DNA of 32,000 nucleotides, from NCBI RefSeq assembly GCF_000196355.1, contig NC_007614.1, positions 450,001 to 482,000 of the forward strand, given 5' to 3'. The translations under genes and the position numbers were made by a program. This stretch comes from Nitrosospira multiformis ATCC 25196. GTDB lineage: Bacteria > Pseudomonadota > Gammaproteobacteria > Burkholderiales > Nitrosomonadaceae. Below the pieces are notes generated by a model. That model had not been told where the DNA came from, did no database searches, and saw nothing but the letters and a program-made list of their open reading frames with translations. Numbering within the stretch: position 1 is the stretch's first letter; each line of letters begins with the position of its first letter. This document shows, piece by piece, positions 14,976-23,407 of this stretch.

Positions 14976-16271
14976 ATGAATGAGAAAGTCACAGTTCCTT
15001 GCAGTCCGATATACGAAGCGCGCGCGTGGCAAGAGGTCGCCGCAAAGTTTGTGCTGCTGTTTTTCGGCATCGCTTTATGGAGCAAATGGCTGAGCCTGGG
15101 TACCGGTATCCTTCTGACCTTCATCTGGATTCTCGATAGCGGCCCTCGCAGGCTCGGCCAGATCATTAGAGAGCCACTCGTGCTGGGAATACTCCTTCTG
15201 TGTGCGGTAGTGGCGGTGGGACTCCTTTGGGCAGATTATCCGGAGGCAGGGCGAATGAAATGGAGGCGATATTTTGGCTTCCTGGTTTTCATCCCGTTTT
15301 TATCGCTTCTCAATAGACACCGCTTGCCTTGGGCGATTGCCGGCCTGCTCACGGGTTACATCATTGTCCTGTTGTCAGGTGTTTACCAATGGGCTGTTTC
15401 CGGAGTGCAAGGCATCCCCCCACTTAACATCAGCTATCTCGTGTTTTCCTCCCTGCTGGGGATCGGTGTCATTCTTTTACTCTACCTTGCCACGGCCATC
15501 GGCGAGATAAAATGGAAATGCGTCTTGGGGCTCGGGAGCTTGTTTTTATTGCTGATCCAGTTTGGGCAATATGGACGCGGTCCCTTGCTGGCCACGCTTC
15601 TTGCCGTTTTTTTGATGGTTTTCCTGACTTATAAAACGGAAAGAAAAGCACTCCTGGGTATCATTGCATCGCTGACTATTGTGGTTGCGGTTCTGGTATA
15701 CGGCAGTAACAGCTTTCAGGCCAGACTTGAGCAGGTGGAGGTCGAAGCCAAGTTGTCCCAGCAGGGAAAATACGATACCAGCCTGGGCTACCGGCTGGCT
15801 ATGTGGGATGTCGGCCTGCACGGAATTCTGGAGCATCCGTTCTTTGGCCATGGCACCGGGATGCCGGAAAGCTATTTCGAAAAAACCGTGGCAACCTATA
15901 AGGGCGGAATTTACAGGGATTTACCCCAGTATGTAGGAGCGTCTCATTATCATAATGACTGGATCGAGATTGGAATGCATACGGGCGCACTGGGAATTCT
16001 GGCTTACGGCTTTTTCCTGTGGAGCTGGTTTCAGACACTGAGAGCGCACCGTCTTCCAGTTCTAGGGGCGGCTTTGGTGTTCTTCATCTTCCTCTCCGGT
16101 TTGACGGATACTTTTGCCCTTTACAGCAAGATTCCTACCTTTCTCGTGGTCATCACCGCCATAGCCATAGCCTGGCAGAAGGAAGGAAATTGGCGGAAAA
16201 ATCAGGAAGCTTCATTCAGCAACTCCCTGCCCGCCCGGTCTCCCGGGCCTGAACGGCTAGAGAATATATGA
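14976..16271 (+). CDS. O-antigen ligase / Wzy_C family polytopic membrane protein (ligase, polymerase or O-oligosaccharyltransferase type)
   Basis: 431 aa, multi-TM throughout. It has a periplasmic-loop signature typical of the Wzy_C domain: LGYRLAMWDVGLHGILEHPFFGHGTG … SHYHNDWIEIGMHTGALG. Confidence 0.85.
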   Translation: MNEKVTVPCSPIYEARAWQEVAAKFVLLFFGIALWSKWLSLGTGILLTFIWILDSGPRRLGQIIREPLVLGILLLCAVVAVGLLWADYPEAGRMKWRRYFGFLVFIPFLSLLNRHRLPWAIAGLLTGYIIVLLSGVYQWAVSGVQGIPPLNISYLVFSSLLGIGVILLLYLATAIGEIKWKCVLGLGSLFLLLIQFGQYGRGPLLATLLAVFLMVFLTYKTERKALLGIIASLTIVVAVLVYGSNSFQARLEQVEVEAKLSQQGKYDTSLGYRLAMWDVGLHGILEHPFFGHGTGMPESYFEKTVATYKGGIYRDLPQYVGASHYHNDWIEIGMHTGALGILAYGFFLWSWFQTLRAHRLPVLGAALVFFIFLSGLTDTFALYSKIPTFLVVITAIAIAWQKEGNWRKNQEASFSNSLPARSPGPERLENI

Positions 16272-16282
16272 CATGGCGCCGG

Positions 16283-16399
16283 CTAGGTATGCTTTTCCTC
16301 TGCGCACTTGGGCGAGATTTGCCGATATTCCTTGCCCAGGTATCCATGTGCGATGCGATAGTATACCCCCCGCAGCGATTTACCGTTCTCCGTGATGGC
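16283..16399 (-). pseudogene. orphaned 3' end (38 codons + TAG) of the GT39 gene, separated from it by the IS insertion
   Basis: The minus strand from 16399 reads GCC ATC ACG GAG AAC GGT … CAT ACC TAG, which is AITENGKSLRGVYYRIAHGYLGKEYRQISPKCAEEKHT*. This is exactly in frame with codon CTA (17247-17245) once the IS and one CTAG copy are removed. Confidence 0.72.
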
Positions 16400-16402
16400 T
16401 AG

Positions 16403-16420
16403 GCTCAGGACTCATTAATT
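16403..16420. repeat. IS terminal inverted repeat (transposase-distal end)
   Basis: GCTCAGGACTCATTAATT matches the reverse complement of 17226-17243 (GTTCAGGACCTATTAATT) at 15/18 positions. The transposase stop codon (16415-16417) lies inside this repeat. Confidence 0.78.
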
Positions 16421-17172
16421 GAGATAGAAGATGACAGTTGCGGCGATACAGATGGCAGAGAAGAAGGTATGGGCACAGCGGTCGTAACGCATGGCGATCC
16501 TGCGCCAGTCCTTGAGCCGAGCGAACATGTTCTCGATCCTGTGCCTTTGCCTGTAGAGGGTCTTGTCGTATTTGATCTGGATTTTGCGATTCCTTTTTGT
16601 CGGTATGCAGGGCGTCATGCCTTTGGCACGCAACGCTGCCCGGAACCAGGCAGCGTCATAGCCGCGGTCTGCAATCAGGGTTTTGGCTTTGGGCAATGAC
16701 GGCAGCAGCACACGTGCTCCCTTGTAATCGCTCATCTGCCCTTCGGACAGGAGCATGGCCACAGGCTTGCCCTGACCGTCGCAGACCACATGAAGCTTCG
16801 AGTTCAGGCCGCCCTTTGTGCGACCGATACGGCGGGGAACATCCCCTTTTTTAGCAGGCTGGCTGCCGTGCGGTGGGCCTTCAGATGCGTGGCGTCGATC
16901 ATCAGCCTCTCGGGCGTTTCCTCTTTACCGGTCAGTTCCACAAAGATGCGGTTGAACACGCCCAGTCGGCTCCAGCGCACGAAACGGTTATACAGTGTCT
17001 TGTGCGGCCCGTATTCCCTGGGGGCATCCTTCCATTGCAGGCCATTCCGAATGACGTAGATGATCCCGCTGATCACCCGCAGATCATCAACACGGGGAAC
17101 TCCGTGGGACAAGGGAAAATAAGGTTTTATACGGTTGAACTGTGTTTCCGACAGGTAAAACAAATCTCTCAT
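16415..17172 (-). CDS. IS5-family DDE transposase, expressed as an orfA-orfB fusion by programmed -1 ribosomal frameshift
   Basis: orfA (17172-16804) begins MRDLFYLSETQFNRIKPYFPLSHGVPRVDDLRVISGIIYVIRNGLQWKDAP…. orfB (to 16415) contains …LIADRGYDAAWFR… and …RHRIENMFARLKDWRRIAMRYDR (DDE_Tnp_1-type D, D, E). orfB is in the -1 frame relative to orfA. Reading through the slip gives …LLKK GDVPRRIGRTKGGLNSKLHVVCDGQGKP…. Confidence 0.9.
16846..16852 (-). other. programmed -1 frameshift slippery heptamer A AAA AAG
   Basis: The minus strand reads CTA AAA AAG GGG at the orfA/orfB overlap. This heptamer at this position is typical of the IS427 group and other IS families with two-ORF transposases. Confidence 0.72.
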
Positions 17173-17208
17173 GGCAGCACCTCCGCCATAAGTGAATCAC
17201 ATTTGATC

Positions 17209-19119
17209 CTATTCGTGAATCATGAAATTAATAGGTCCTGAACCTAGTTGCCGAACCGGATCAGGATTGGCGAGCATCTTCCCGATCTCGATGCTGTCTC
17301 GGACGCATTCGAGATTATCCTGCCACATGCCGACGAGAATGACGGGTCGCGTCGTAGGGGATTCCGACGGATACCAGAGATCGTACATGGCGCCGCTGTC
17401 GCCGAATATGTTGCGCGAACGTATTTCCATGGGTTTGCCCCGATTATAGAAAGTGACGATGCTGGCCACGGACCACTTGCTCATGCCCACGACGATGGGC
17501 TCCTGGCCGGTTTGCCGCCGCGTATCCTCTACAATCTGCTCGATGCCCATCGTTGCCTGGCGCCAGAAATAATGCTCGGGGAAACCTTTATATATGCCCT
17601 GGTAGGGAATGCCTGGGAAGCCGAGAACGAGGTAGTGCAGTGCAATCGCATAACAAACCAGGCATGCCAGAATAGTGGGCCTCCAAGCTGCCATTACCCG
17701 ATCCGCAATCGTCGGGTTACCAGAGAAATTTCGCATTTTCCCCATCATCGAAGCCATGGCAGGCAGTGCCATAAGCCATAGCGGCCCGGTCCAGTGGAAC
17801 CGCTGGGTGTCGAAAATGCTGAGAATCAGGAAGATCGCCAGCGGCACGCCGGTGAATACCATAATGAACAGGCGGCGCCTGCAAATGGAGACGCTATTAT
17901 TCTGCCGGGTGCCGGGCAGCAATACTAGCGCGGCAGCGAGCAAGCCGGTCGGCGTAAGCAGTACGGCAAAATGAAGAATCAATTCGAATAATCCGAACTC
18001 GTCATCTCCTACGCCCCTGACGCGGCCGGACTGGAACAATATCGACATCCAGCCATGCTCCATGTTCCAGATAATTACGGGGGAGAACAAGAGCAGTGCA
18101 AGCAGTACAGCGAGGTACGGATAAGGATGGCGCAACCAGCGGCGTGCAACCGGGTCGATAATCACAAAAACCAGTGCGGCAATACCCACCAAACCCAGGG
18201 TATACTTGGAGAGAATGCCCAGACCGAAGGCAATGCCCACCCCGAGCCAAGCCCGCTCCCGCTGGGCGATCAGGGCCTGCTCGAGATAGTACAGAGTTGC
18301 AGCCCACGCGGCCACGAGCGGCGCATCTGTCGTCATCAATGCGCCAGTAGCAAAGAAAAAGGGAAGAATCGCAAGCAGCAGCACAGCGCGAATCCCCGTT
18401 GCGCTATCGTATAGATTGCGTGTGAGCGCAAATAAATACCCCATTGTTATCAAGCCGCACAGGAATGCTCCGACCCGGACGCCAAATTCGCTGTTTCCAA
18501 AAATGGATGTGCCAAGCCATATCAACCAGGCAACCATAGGTGGGTGATCGTAGAAACTCAGATCCATGTGCTGGGCGTAATTCCAGTAATATGCTTCATC
18601 AGGAATCAGTTGCGCCACGCCAATGTAGATGAGGCGCAACAGGATGACAAATGCGATGATCCCGAAAGAGGCGATGCGCCAGTCTGCCTCAGGCGAGGGT
18701 AGGGCGTTCCCGCTGGGGATCACGTAGAAAACAGATCCCAGATACAACATTACGGCTGTGGCCGCGATTGCAGGGAGTATGGCCGCAGCCGGCGGTATAT
18801 CCCAGGCCTGGATTAGCACCGCTAATAGGCCGCCGCGCACGGAAAGCGCCAGCACACAGATAACCAGGAAGCGGCCGAGCTCAGTCCATCTGGAATAGCC
18901 CGCGAGGTCGTATAAAAGCCGCGGTCTCGAAATAAACCAGTAGTGCAAGGTCGCAGCCGCGAGGAAGCCCACGATATGCGACAGGGCGAGGTTTGCCCCA
19001 TAGCTCATCAGCGACTCGAACAGCAGTCCGTCGAGGAACGCGGCCAATAACCCTGGGACTGCAAAACGACTGTGATCCGGAAATAGGGGACGTCGCCCAA
19101 CTCCAGCCAGCTCAAGCAT
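17209..19119 (-). CDS. GtrA-like 4-TM N-terminal region fused to a GT39/GT83-type (ArnT/PMT_2) lipid-carrier-dependent glycosyltransferase; 3' end truncated by IS insertion
   Basis: PMT_2 signature: PDEAYYWNYAQHMDLSFYDHPPMVAWLIWLGTSIFGNSEFGVRVG, followed by many TM segments and a soluble C-terminal domain. The start is taken at ATG 19119, preceded by AAGGAG 9 nt upstream; the listed TTG at 19149 is less likely. The last 11 codons (GSGPINFMIHE*, 17244-17209) are encoded by the IS end. Confidence 0.88.
   Translation of the reverse strand: MLELAGVGRRPLFPDHSRFAVPGLLAAFLDGLLFESLMSYGANLALSHIVGFLAAATLHYWFISRPRLLYDLAGYSRWTELGRFLVICVLALSVRGGLLAVLIQAWDIPPAAAILPAIAATAVMLYLGSVFYVIPSGNALPSPEADWRIASFGIIAFVILLRLIYIGVAQLIPDEAYYWNYAQHMDLSFYDHPPMVAWLIWLGTSIFGNSEFGVRVGAFLCGLITMGYLFALTRNLYDSATGIRAVLLLAILPFFFATGALMTTDAPLVAAWAATLYYLEQALIAQRERAWLGVGIAFGLGILSKYTLGLVGIAALVFVIIDPVARRWLRHPYPYLAVLLALLLFSPVIIWNMEHGWMSILFQSGRVRGVGDDEFGLFELILHFAVLLTPTGLLAAALVLLPGTRQNNSVSICRRRLFIMVFTGVPLAIFLILSIFDTQRFHWTGPLWLMALPAMASMMGKMRNFSGNPTIADRVMAAWRPTILACLVCYAIALHYLVLGFPGIPYQGIYKGFPEHYFWRQATMGIEQIVEDTRRQTGQEPIVVGMSKWSVASIVTFYNRGKPMEIRSRNIFGDSGAMYDLWYPSESPTTRPVILVGMWQDNLECVRDSIEIGKMLANPDPVRQLGSGPINFMIHE
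17226..17243. repeat. IS terminal inverted repeat (transposase-proximal end)
   Basis: The plus strand reads AATTAATAGGTCCTGAAC. Its reverse complement, GTTCAGGACCTATTAATT, pairs with 16403-16420. Confidence 0.78.
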
Positions 19120-19344
19120 TTTTTCCTGCTCCTTTGGAAACCATATCAAGTTGACTTTGTTCTGTTTTTCTCGCTTGTGCCGATTTTATCTATTCTGCTC
19201 TCGGATAAGATAGAAGATAACTCTGGAATTCATTTTTGTCCCCCTCATCTTGTAGCACAAGTTCGCTATACGGAGGCTTGCAGACTCTGATTCAGCTATC
19301 ATTCCGGCGTCGTCGGAATACTGGCTGCGTCTTCTGTTCACCGC

Positions 19345-20058
19345 TCAACCTGTATGGCCGGTCAATCCGGTGTCTGCGTAGTAATGCCGGATTGGATGCA
19401 GGTTATCGTCAAGCTCATAGATCAGTGGACGACCAGTGGCCACTGACAATTTTATGAGCTGAATAATGGATAGGCCATCCAACTGCATTATCAACCCTCT
19501 CAGGATATGCTTGTGGGCGACAATGAGCACTCGCTTGCCGCGCTGGATTTCCGGGGTGATTGTTTGCTGCCAGTAAGGCAGCATTCGCGCGAAGGCTTGT
19601 CGCATGCTCTCACCAAGCGGCAGTTCCCCAGGATCGATGGTTGCATAGCACGCCTGGTTTCCGGGAAAACGGATATCGGCAGGATCAAGTGGGGGTGGCG
19701 GAGCATCAAAACGGCATTGCGAACTGAGAATAGGGCAAAAGCCGTATTTCCTGATTGCCTTCCAGCGATTGATTCCTTCCAGAGCCCCATAGTGGCGTTC
19801 ATTCAAGCGCCAGTTTCGTTGCACCACCGGTTCATCCTGCCCCATGACCGATAGCACGATGCGGAGCGTGTCATTCGCGCGGCTGAGCTCGGAGGTGAAG
19901 CAGATATCGAACTTGTGTCCTGCTTTTTTCAAGAGATTGCCCGCCTGCTCTGCCTCCCGCTCGCCTCGGGGCGTCAAAGGAGCATCCCCCCACCCGGTAA
20001 AGCATCCGTCGCGGTTCGAGACGCTTTCTCCATGTCGCAGCAGAACGAGTTGTGTCAT
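19345..20058 (-). CDS. gpmA: 2,3-bisphosphoglycerate-dependent phosphoglycerate mutase-like histidine phosphatase
   Basis: 237 aa with an ATG start. Motifs: [29 protein letters not shown] (RHG motif), [39 protein letters not shown]. It departs from the canonical dPGM at RHGESxWN (here SN) and AHGNSLR (here AHKHILR). Confidence 0.72.
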
Positions 20059-20327
20059 ATAGGGTTTGCTTCTCGATTAGGGAATGGATTCGACATGGGC
20101 ATGCTCCGGGGGGGGACAGCATCTCTTTTGCATGAGGGTGTCATTTGATCTGAAATTTCGATGATATGTAAAACATAGACAAAATACCGGGAAAAAACTA
20201 CCCCAGTTCGCGATGAAGGCGGGTGCCAAATAACCCGGGTCGGAACAGATATCTGATCGGGGAACGGGGAATGTGGCAATAGCCCAGTTTCCCCAGGTTT
20301 TCTGAAGAGGCGCACATTATCAGGGTA

Positions 20328-20786
20328 TCAAGGCCAACAGGAGATGAGCTGCTCCTTTATCAGCCGATTGGTGTCGGCATCCGTCTTTGTAGCCTTGTTG
20401 AAGTCTGGCGGACCCGGCCAGCCGGAATCGATGAATTTCACGCCGTTGAAATAGCGGCCTTCCCCATATCGCGGAATGACATGAAAATGTACATCCGGAT
20501 CGACCATCATCAGCATGAGGTAGTTGAGCTTGTCGTAGTTGAATGCTTTAGCCAAAGCCGATTCCAGCTGGCCCGTTATTTTGTGAAGCTCAGTAAAGCT
20601 TTCCTGACCAAGCTGGGAGAAGGAGCGGGCTGGCTCATGCGCAGCAAGAACGAGAGAACCCAGGGTCACCTGGATTGGACGCAGCATGACGATCCAGTGC
20701 TGAAATTGATGAATGATTGTCCCCGGCGCGCCGAATTTCCGCATCGTGGGATTTAGGATTGCGGTACCGGAGGGGGTGGGAGTCAT
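20328..20786 (-). CDS. HIT (histidine triad) family protein
   Basis: 152 aa with an ATG start. The triad region is MMVDPDVHFHVIPRY (the first His of HxHxHxx is Asp here). The upstream …WIVMLRPIQVTLGSLVL… is typical of HIT beta-strands. Confidence 0.75.
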   Translation of the reverse strand: MTPTPSGTAILNPTMRKFGAPGTIIHQFQHWIVMLRPIQVTLGSLVLAAHEPARSFSQLGQESFTELHKITGQLESALAKAFNYDKLNYLMLMMVDPDVHFHVIPRYGEGRYFNGVKFIDSGWPGPPDFNKATKTDADTNRLIKEQLISCWP

Positions 20787-21180
20787 TTAGCACCTTCTAA
20801 ACGGGGGGTTTTGCTGATGGGTTGAATATGTGGACCATGCGGATCGGCCCAATGGAGGCAGCATCAAAAGTTTTCCAGAATAGCATGAACCCATGAATAA
20901 ATCCCTGCAGGCGCGAGTATGACTTTACGGGATGATCATGGAAAAACAACCCCGGTTATGTGCGCTGGCACACATACACTTTTACTGCCGAGTGAAAGAA
21001 TTTTGCTGATCCGAAAAAACGCTGCCGACGATCGGCTTGCTGCTTGACTGCCATTCAGCCACGCTTCAAGAGCCTGCTCACGCGCGGGCTTGCCCGGGGT
21101 TCTTCAGCGAGCATGACAAAAACTAGAAATACATTGCTCTTCCCATTTTTTGACATCTCGTCGAAGGAAGCTGAAAGACC

Positions 21181-22503
21181 ATGAAGATTGTGAATGATCT
21201 GGGTATCGACAGGATCACCCGGGACTTGAGCGGTGCCATGTGGATCTTTGGTCGCTTGCGTGAAGACGATAGCTCCACGGCGACTTTTATCCACCGCTGC
21301 TTCCAGCGCGAGATCTGGCGCGAGATCAGGTTACGCGACAGGATCGCGATGTGCGCAGTTTTGCCAGCCGTACCGCTCGTCATCATGGGGGTGACCGCTG
21401 TCTTCACCGCGCTCAACGGATCGGCTATAAAGAGACGCACGGGAAAAGGAATCATCCGGCAGATTCGCGAGCAGATCGAACTTGCGCTCCACTGTGCGAT
21501 CCTGTCTCCCTGGTACTACATCTTCGAGTTGCATGACGATGACAAGAAGCGGCACGCCGGAGAGTATCTGAATCGCCTCGAAACCAAGGCCGGACTTTAT
21601 CGCTTCCTGCGCGATTACAATGGCGGTCTTCCTGTTCCTGCTGTGCGAAGCACTCCCTGCATTTCCGACAAATCGTGCTTCATGGCTCGTTGCCGCGAGC
21701 ATGGAATCATGACAGCCCCTGTATTCTTCAAGATCATGGGAGAGAAGGTCACAGCAGTGGATTGGAATGGCACCGGCCTGCCGGAGACCGATCTCTTTGT
21801 AAAGCCATCGCATGGGCGGGGCGGTAGAAATGCGACTCGCTGGATTTACCTCGGTTCAGGGCAGTACCGGCGCAACGATGGCGAGATTCTGACCGGAACT
21901 CAGTTGCTGGAGCGCTTGCGACTGGAATCACGGCAAAAAGCTTTCCTGATTCAGCCTCGGCTTCTGAATCATGAGGATATCGCAGATCTTGCCAATGGTA
22001 CGCTGGCGACAGTGCAGGTAATGAGCTGCCGTAACGAGCGGGGCGAATTTGAAGTAATCAATGCAGTTTTTCGGATGGCCCGGAAAAAATCCGTGATAGT
22101 GGACAATTTTCACGCTGGAGGAATTGCAGCCAACGTCGATATTCGCACCGGTGAATTGGGGAGAGGAACCGGTGGCGCGTGGGGCGCCACTGCTGATGGA
22201 TGGTACGAGCGCCACTGCGAGACGGGGGTGCAGATCCTGCACCGGAAGCTTCCATGCTGGCCTGAGCTGGTCGATCTCGTGCAATACGCTCACGCCAGCG
22301 CCTTTTCCGATCAGGTGGTAATCGGATGGGATGTTGCCCTGCTCAACAGCGGACCGTGCATAATGGAGGCCAACAAGGCGCCTGATCTGGACATTATTCA
22401 GAGAGTGGGAGGCGGTCCGGTTGGCGAGCAGCGACTGGGAAAACTTCTGGCATTTAATCTCAGACGAACCGTCGAGACTAAATACAACAGGCCTGCCCCC
22501 TAG
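21181..22503 (+). CDS. sugar-transfer-associated ATP-grasp family ligase (ATPgrasp_ST-like), copy 2
   Basis: 440 aa with an ATG preceded by GAAGGAAG. It is collinear with 13465..14769 along its whole length: DNFHAGGIAANVDIRTGELG, GWDVALLNSGPCIMEANKAPDLDIIQ, and a hydrophobic anchor (AVLPAVPLVIMGVTAVFTAL). Confidence 0.82.
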   Translation: MKIVNDLGIDRITRDLSGAMWIFGRLREDDSSTATFIHRCFQREIWREIRLRDRIAMCAVLPAVPLVIMGVTAVFTALNGSAIKRRTGKGIIRQIREQIELALHCAILSPWYYIFELHDDDKKRHAGEYLNRLETKAGLYRFLRDYNGGLPVPAVRSTPCISDKSCFMARCREHGIMTAPVFFKIMGEKVTAVDWNGTGLPETDLFVKPSHGRGGRNATRWIYLGSGQYRRNDGEILTGTQLLERLRLESRQKAFLIQPRLLNHEDIADLANGTLATVQVMSCRNERGEFEVINAVFRMARKKSVIVDNFHAGGIAANVDIRTGELGRGTGGAWGATADGWYERHCETGVQILHRKLPCWPELVDLVQYAHASAFSDQVVIGWDVALLNSGPCIMEANKAPDLDIIQRVGGGPVGEQRLGKLLAFNLRRTVETKYNRPAP

Positions 22504-23285
22504 CGCTGCAAAGTTACGCTTCTACTCAGCTTCTTCTCGCTGAAGAGCTCTTCTGCCTTTATCAGATCAGCGGGAAAATCAATTTCACACCAGGAGCTTT
22601 CCGGTACAAAACACGCTTTTACCAGTTGTCTGCTGGCAAGGTTCTCTATTATGGAGAGATACCAGGCTTTGAGTCCACTCTGATGTCGCAGCGCTTCCTC
22701 CAGGGTATCGCGAAAAAGCAGCGGTCCACGTTCTCTGAAAAGAACAAGGCCGACAGATTCGGCATCGATCCGATCTGCCGGCAGCGTTTTGCTGACATGT
22801 CTGACCCATCCGTTTTCATCCAGTTGGACTTTCATGTCATCCGCATCATAGGCAGGTTTTTGATCTACACCGAGCGTAACAGGCGCTGGATCAGAGTTCA
22901 GCACTCTCGCCAGTAAAACTTCCTCAAACAGCGTATCCCCGTTCAGAAGCAGAAAGTCGCGGTCCATGGCCGATCGGGCGATCCAGCAACTCACCAGGTT
23001 ATCCGTAATACTGAAAAAAGGGTTGAAAACGGTCTCGATCCTTCCATCGTTTCCATAACGCTGTTGCAATAAAGTTTCAATCAGGCAGGATTGGAAACCG
23101 GTGATCACTGTCACCAGGTTGATCCCTGTTGACAGCAGGGCATCGATCTGCCATTCGATGATAGGTTTGCCGGAAATTGGCAACAGGCATTTGGGAATAC
23201 TGGTTGTCAGTGGACCCAGCCGGTGCCCCTGGCCGGCGCTCAGAATAATCGCCTTGACAGGAGGTTTTTCTTCGCTACCCGCCAT
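22500..23285 (-). CDS. sugar-/alcohol-phosphate nucleotidyltransferase (LicC/PntC/MobA-like NTP_transferase family)
   Basis: 261 aa with an ATG start. Motifs: KAIILSAGQGHRLGPLTTSIPKCLLPISGKPIIEWQIDAL, then …FNPFFSITDNLVSCWIA…FLLLNGDTLF, as in LicC-type cytidylyltransferases. Confidence 0.85.
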   Translation of the reverse strand: MAGSEEKPPVKAIILSAGQGHRLGPLTTSIPKCLLPISGKPIIEWQIDALLSTGINLVTVITGFQSCLIETLLQQRYGNDGRIETVFNPFFSITDNLVSCWIARSAMDRDFLLLNGDTLFEEVLLARVLNSDPAPVTLGVDQKPAYDADDMKVQLDENGWVRHVSKTLPADRIDAESVGLVLFRERGPLLFRDTLEEALRHQSGLKAWYLSIIENLASRQLVKACFVPESSWCEIDFPADLIKAEELFSEKKLSRSVTLQR

Positions 23286-23407
23286 ATTGCAATCCGCTCC
23301 CTCGAAATCGAATAAGCTCTGAAGTTATATTTTTAAAGCATTGCCGGGTTTGTATCTGGCCGCTTGACGTGGAGTGAGTGGAGATGCGGCTGAGAATGAG
23401 GCTGTAT

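Larger units (their letters stand above)
16399..17247 (-). mobile_element. IS5-family insertion sequence (IS427-group-like), ~841-843 bp, flanked by duplicated CTAG (or TA within CTAG)
   Basis: Imperfect terminal inverted repeats match at 15/18. CTAG is present at 16399-16402 and 17244-17247. Two overlapping transposase ORFs carry a slippery A AAA AAG. The flanking host ORF becomes continuous when the element is removed. Confidence 0.9.

Noticed and set aside
17248-17781. 177-aa plus-strand ORF next to the IS element, which could have been IS-driven or a passenger gene
   Set aside because: It starts outside the IS inverted repeat and is antisense to the GT39 C-terminal domain. The composition is His/Arg-rich and non-protein-like.
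19186-19220. GATA-rich imperfect palindrome (TTATCT…AGATAGAAGATAA) upstream of the GT39 gene
   Set aside because: Only the outer 6 bp pair perfectly and the inner arms need bulges. It could be a regulator site, but it is indistinguishable from chance in an AT-rich promoter region.
20957-20976. Palindrome TATGTG-cgctggca-CACATA in the 395-bp gap upstream of ATP-grasp copy 2
   Set aside because: The stem is 6 bp, isolated, and has no repeat of the motif elsewhere in the window. This is too weak to report as a feature.
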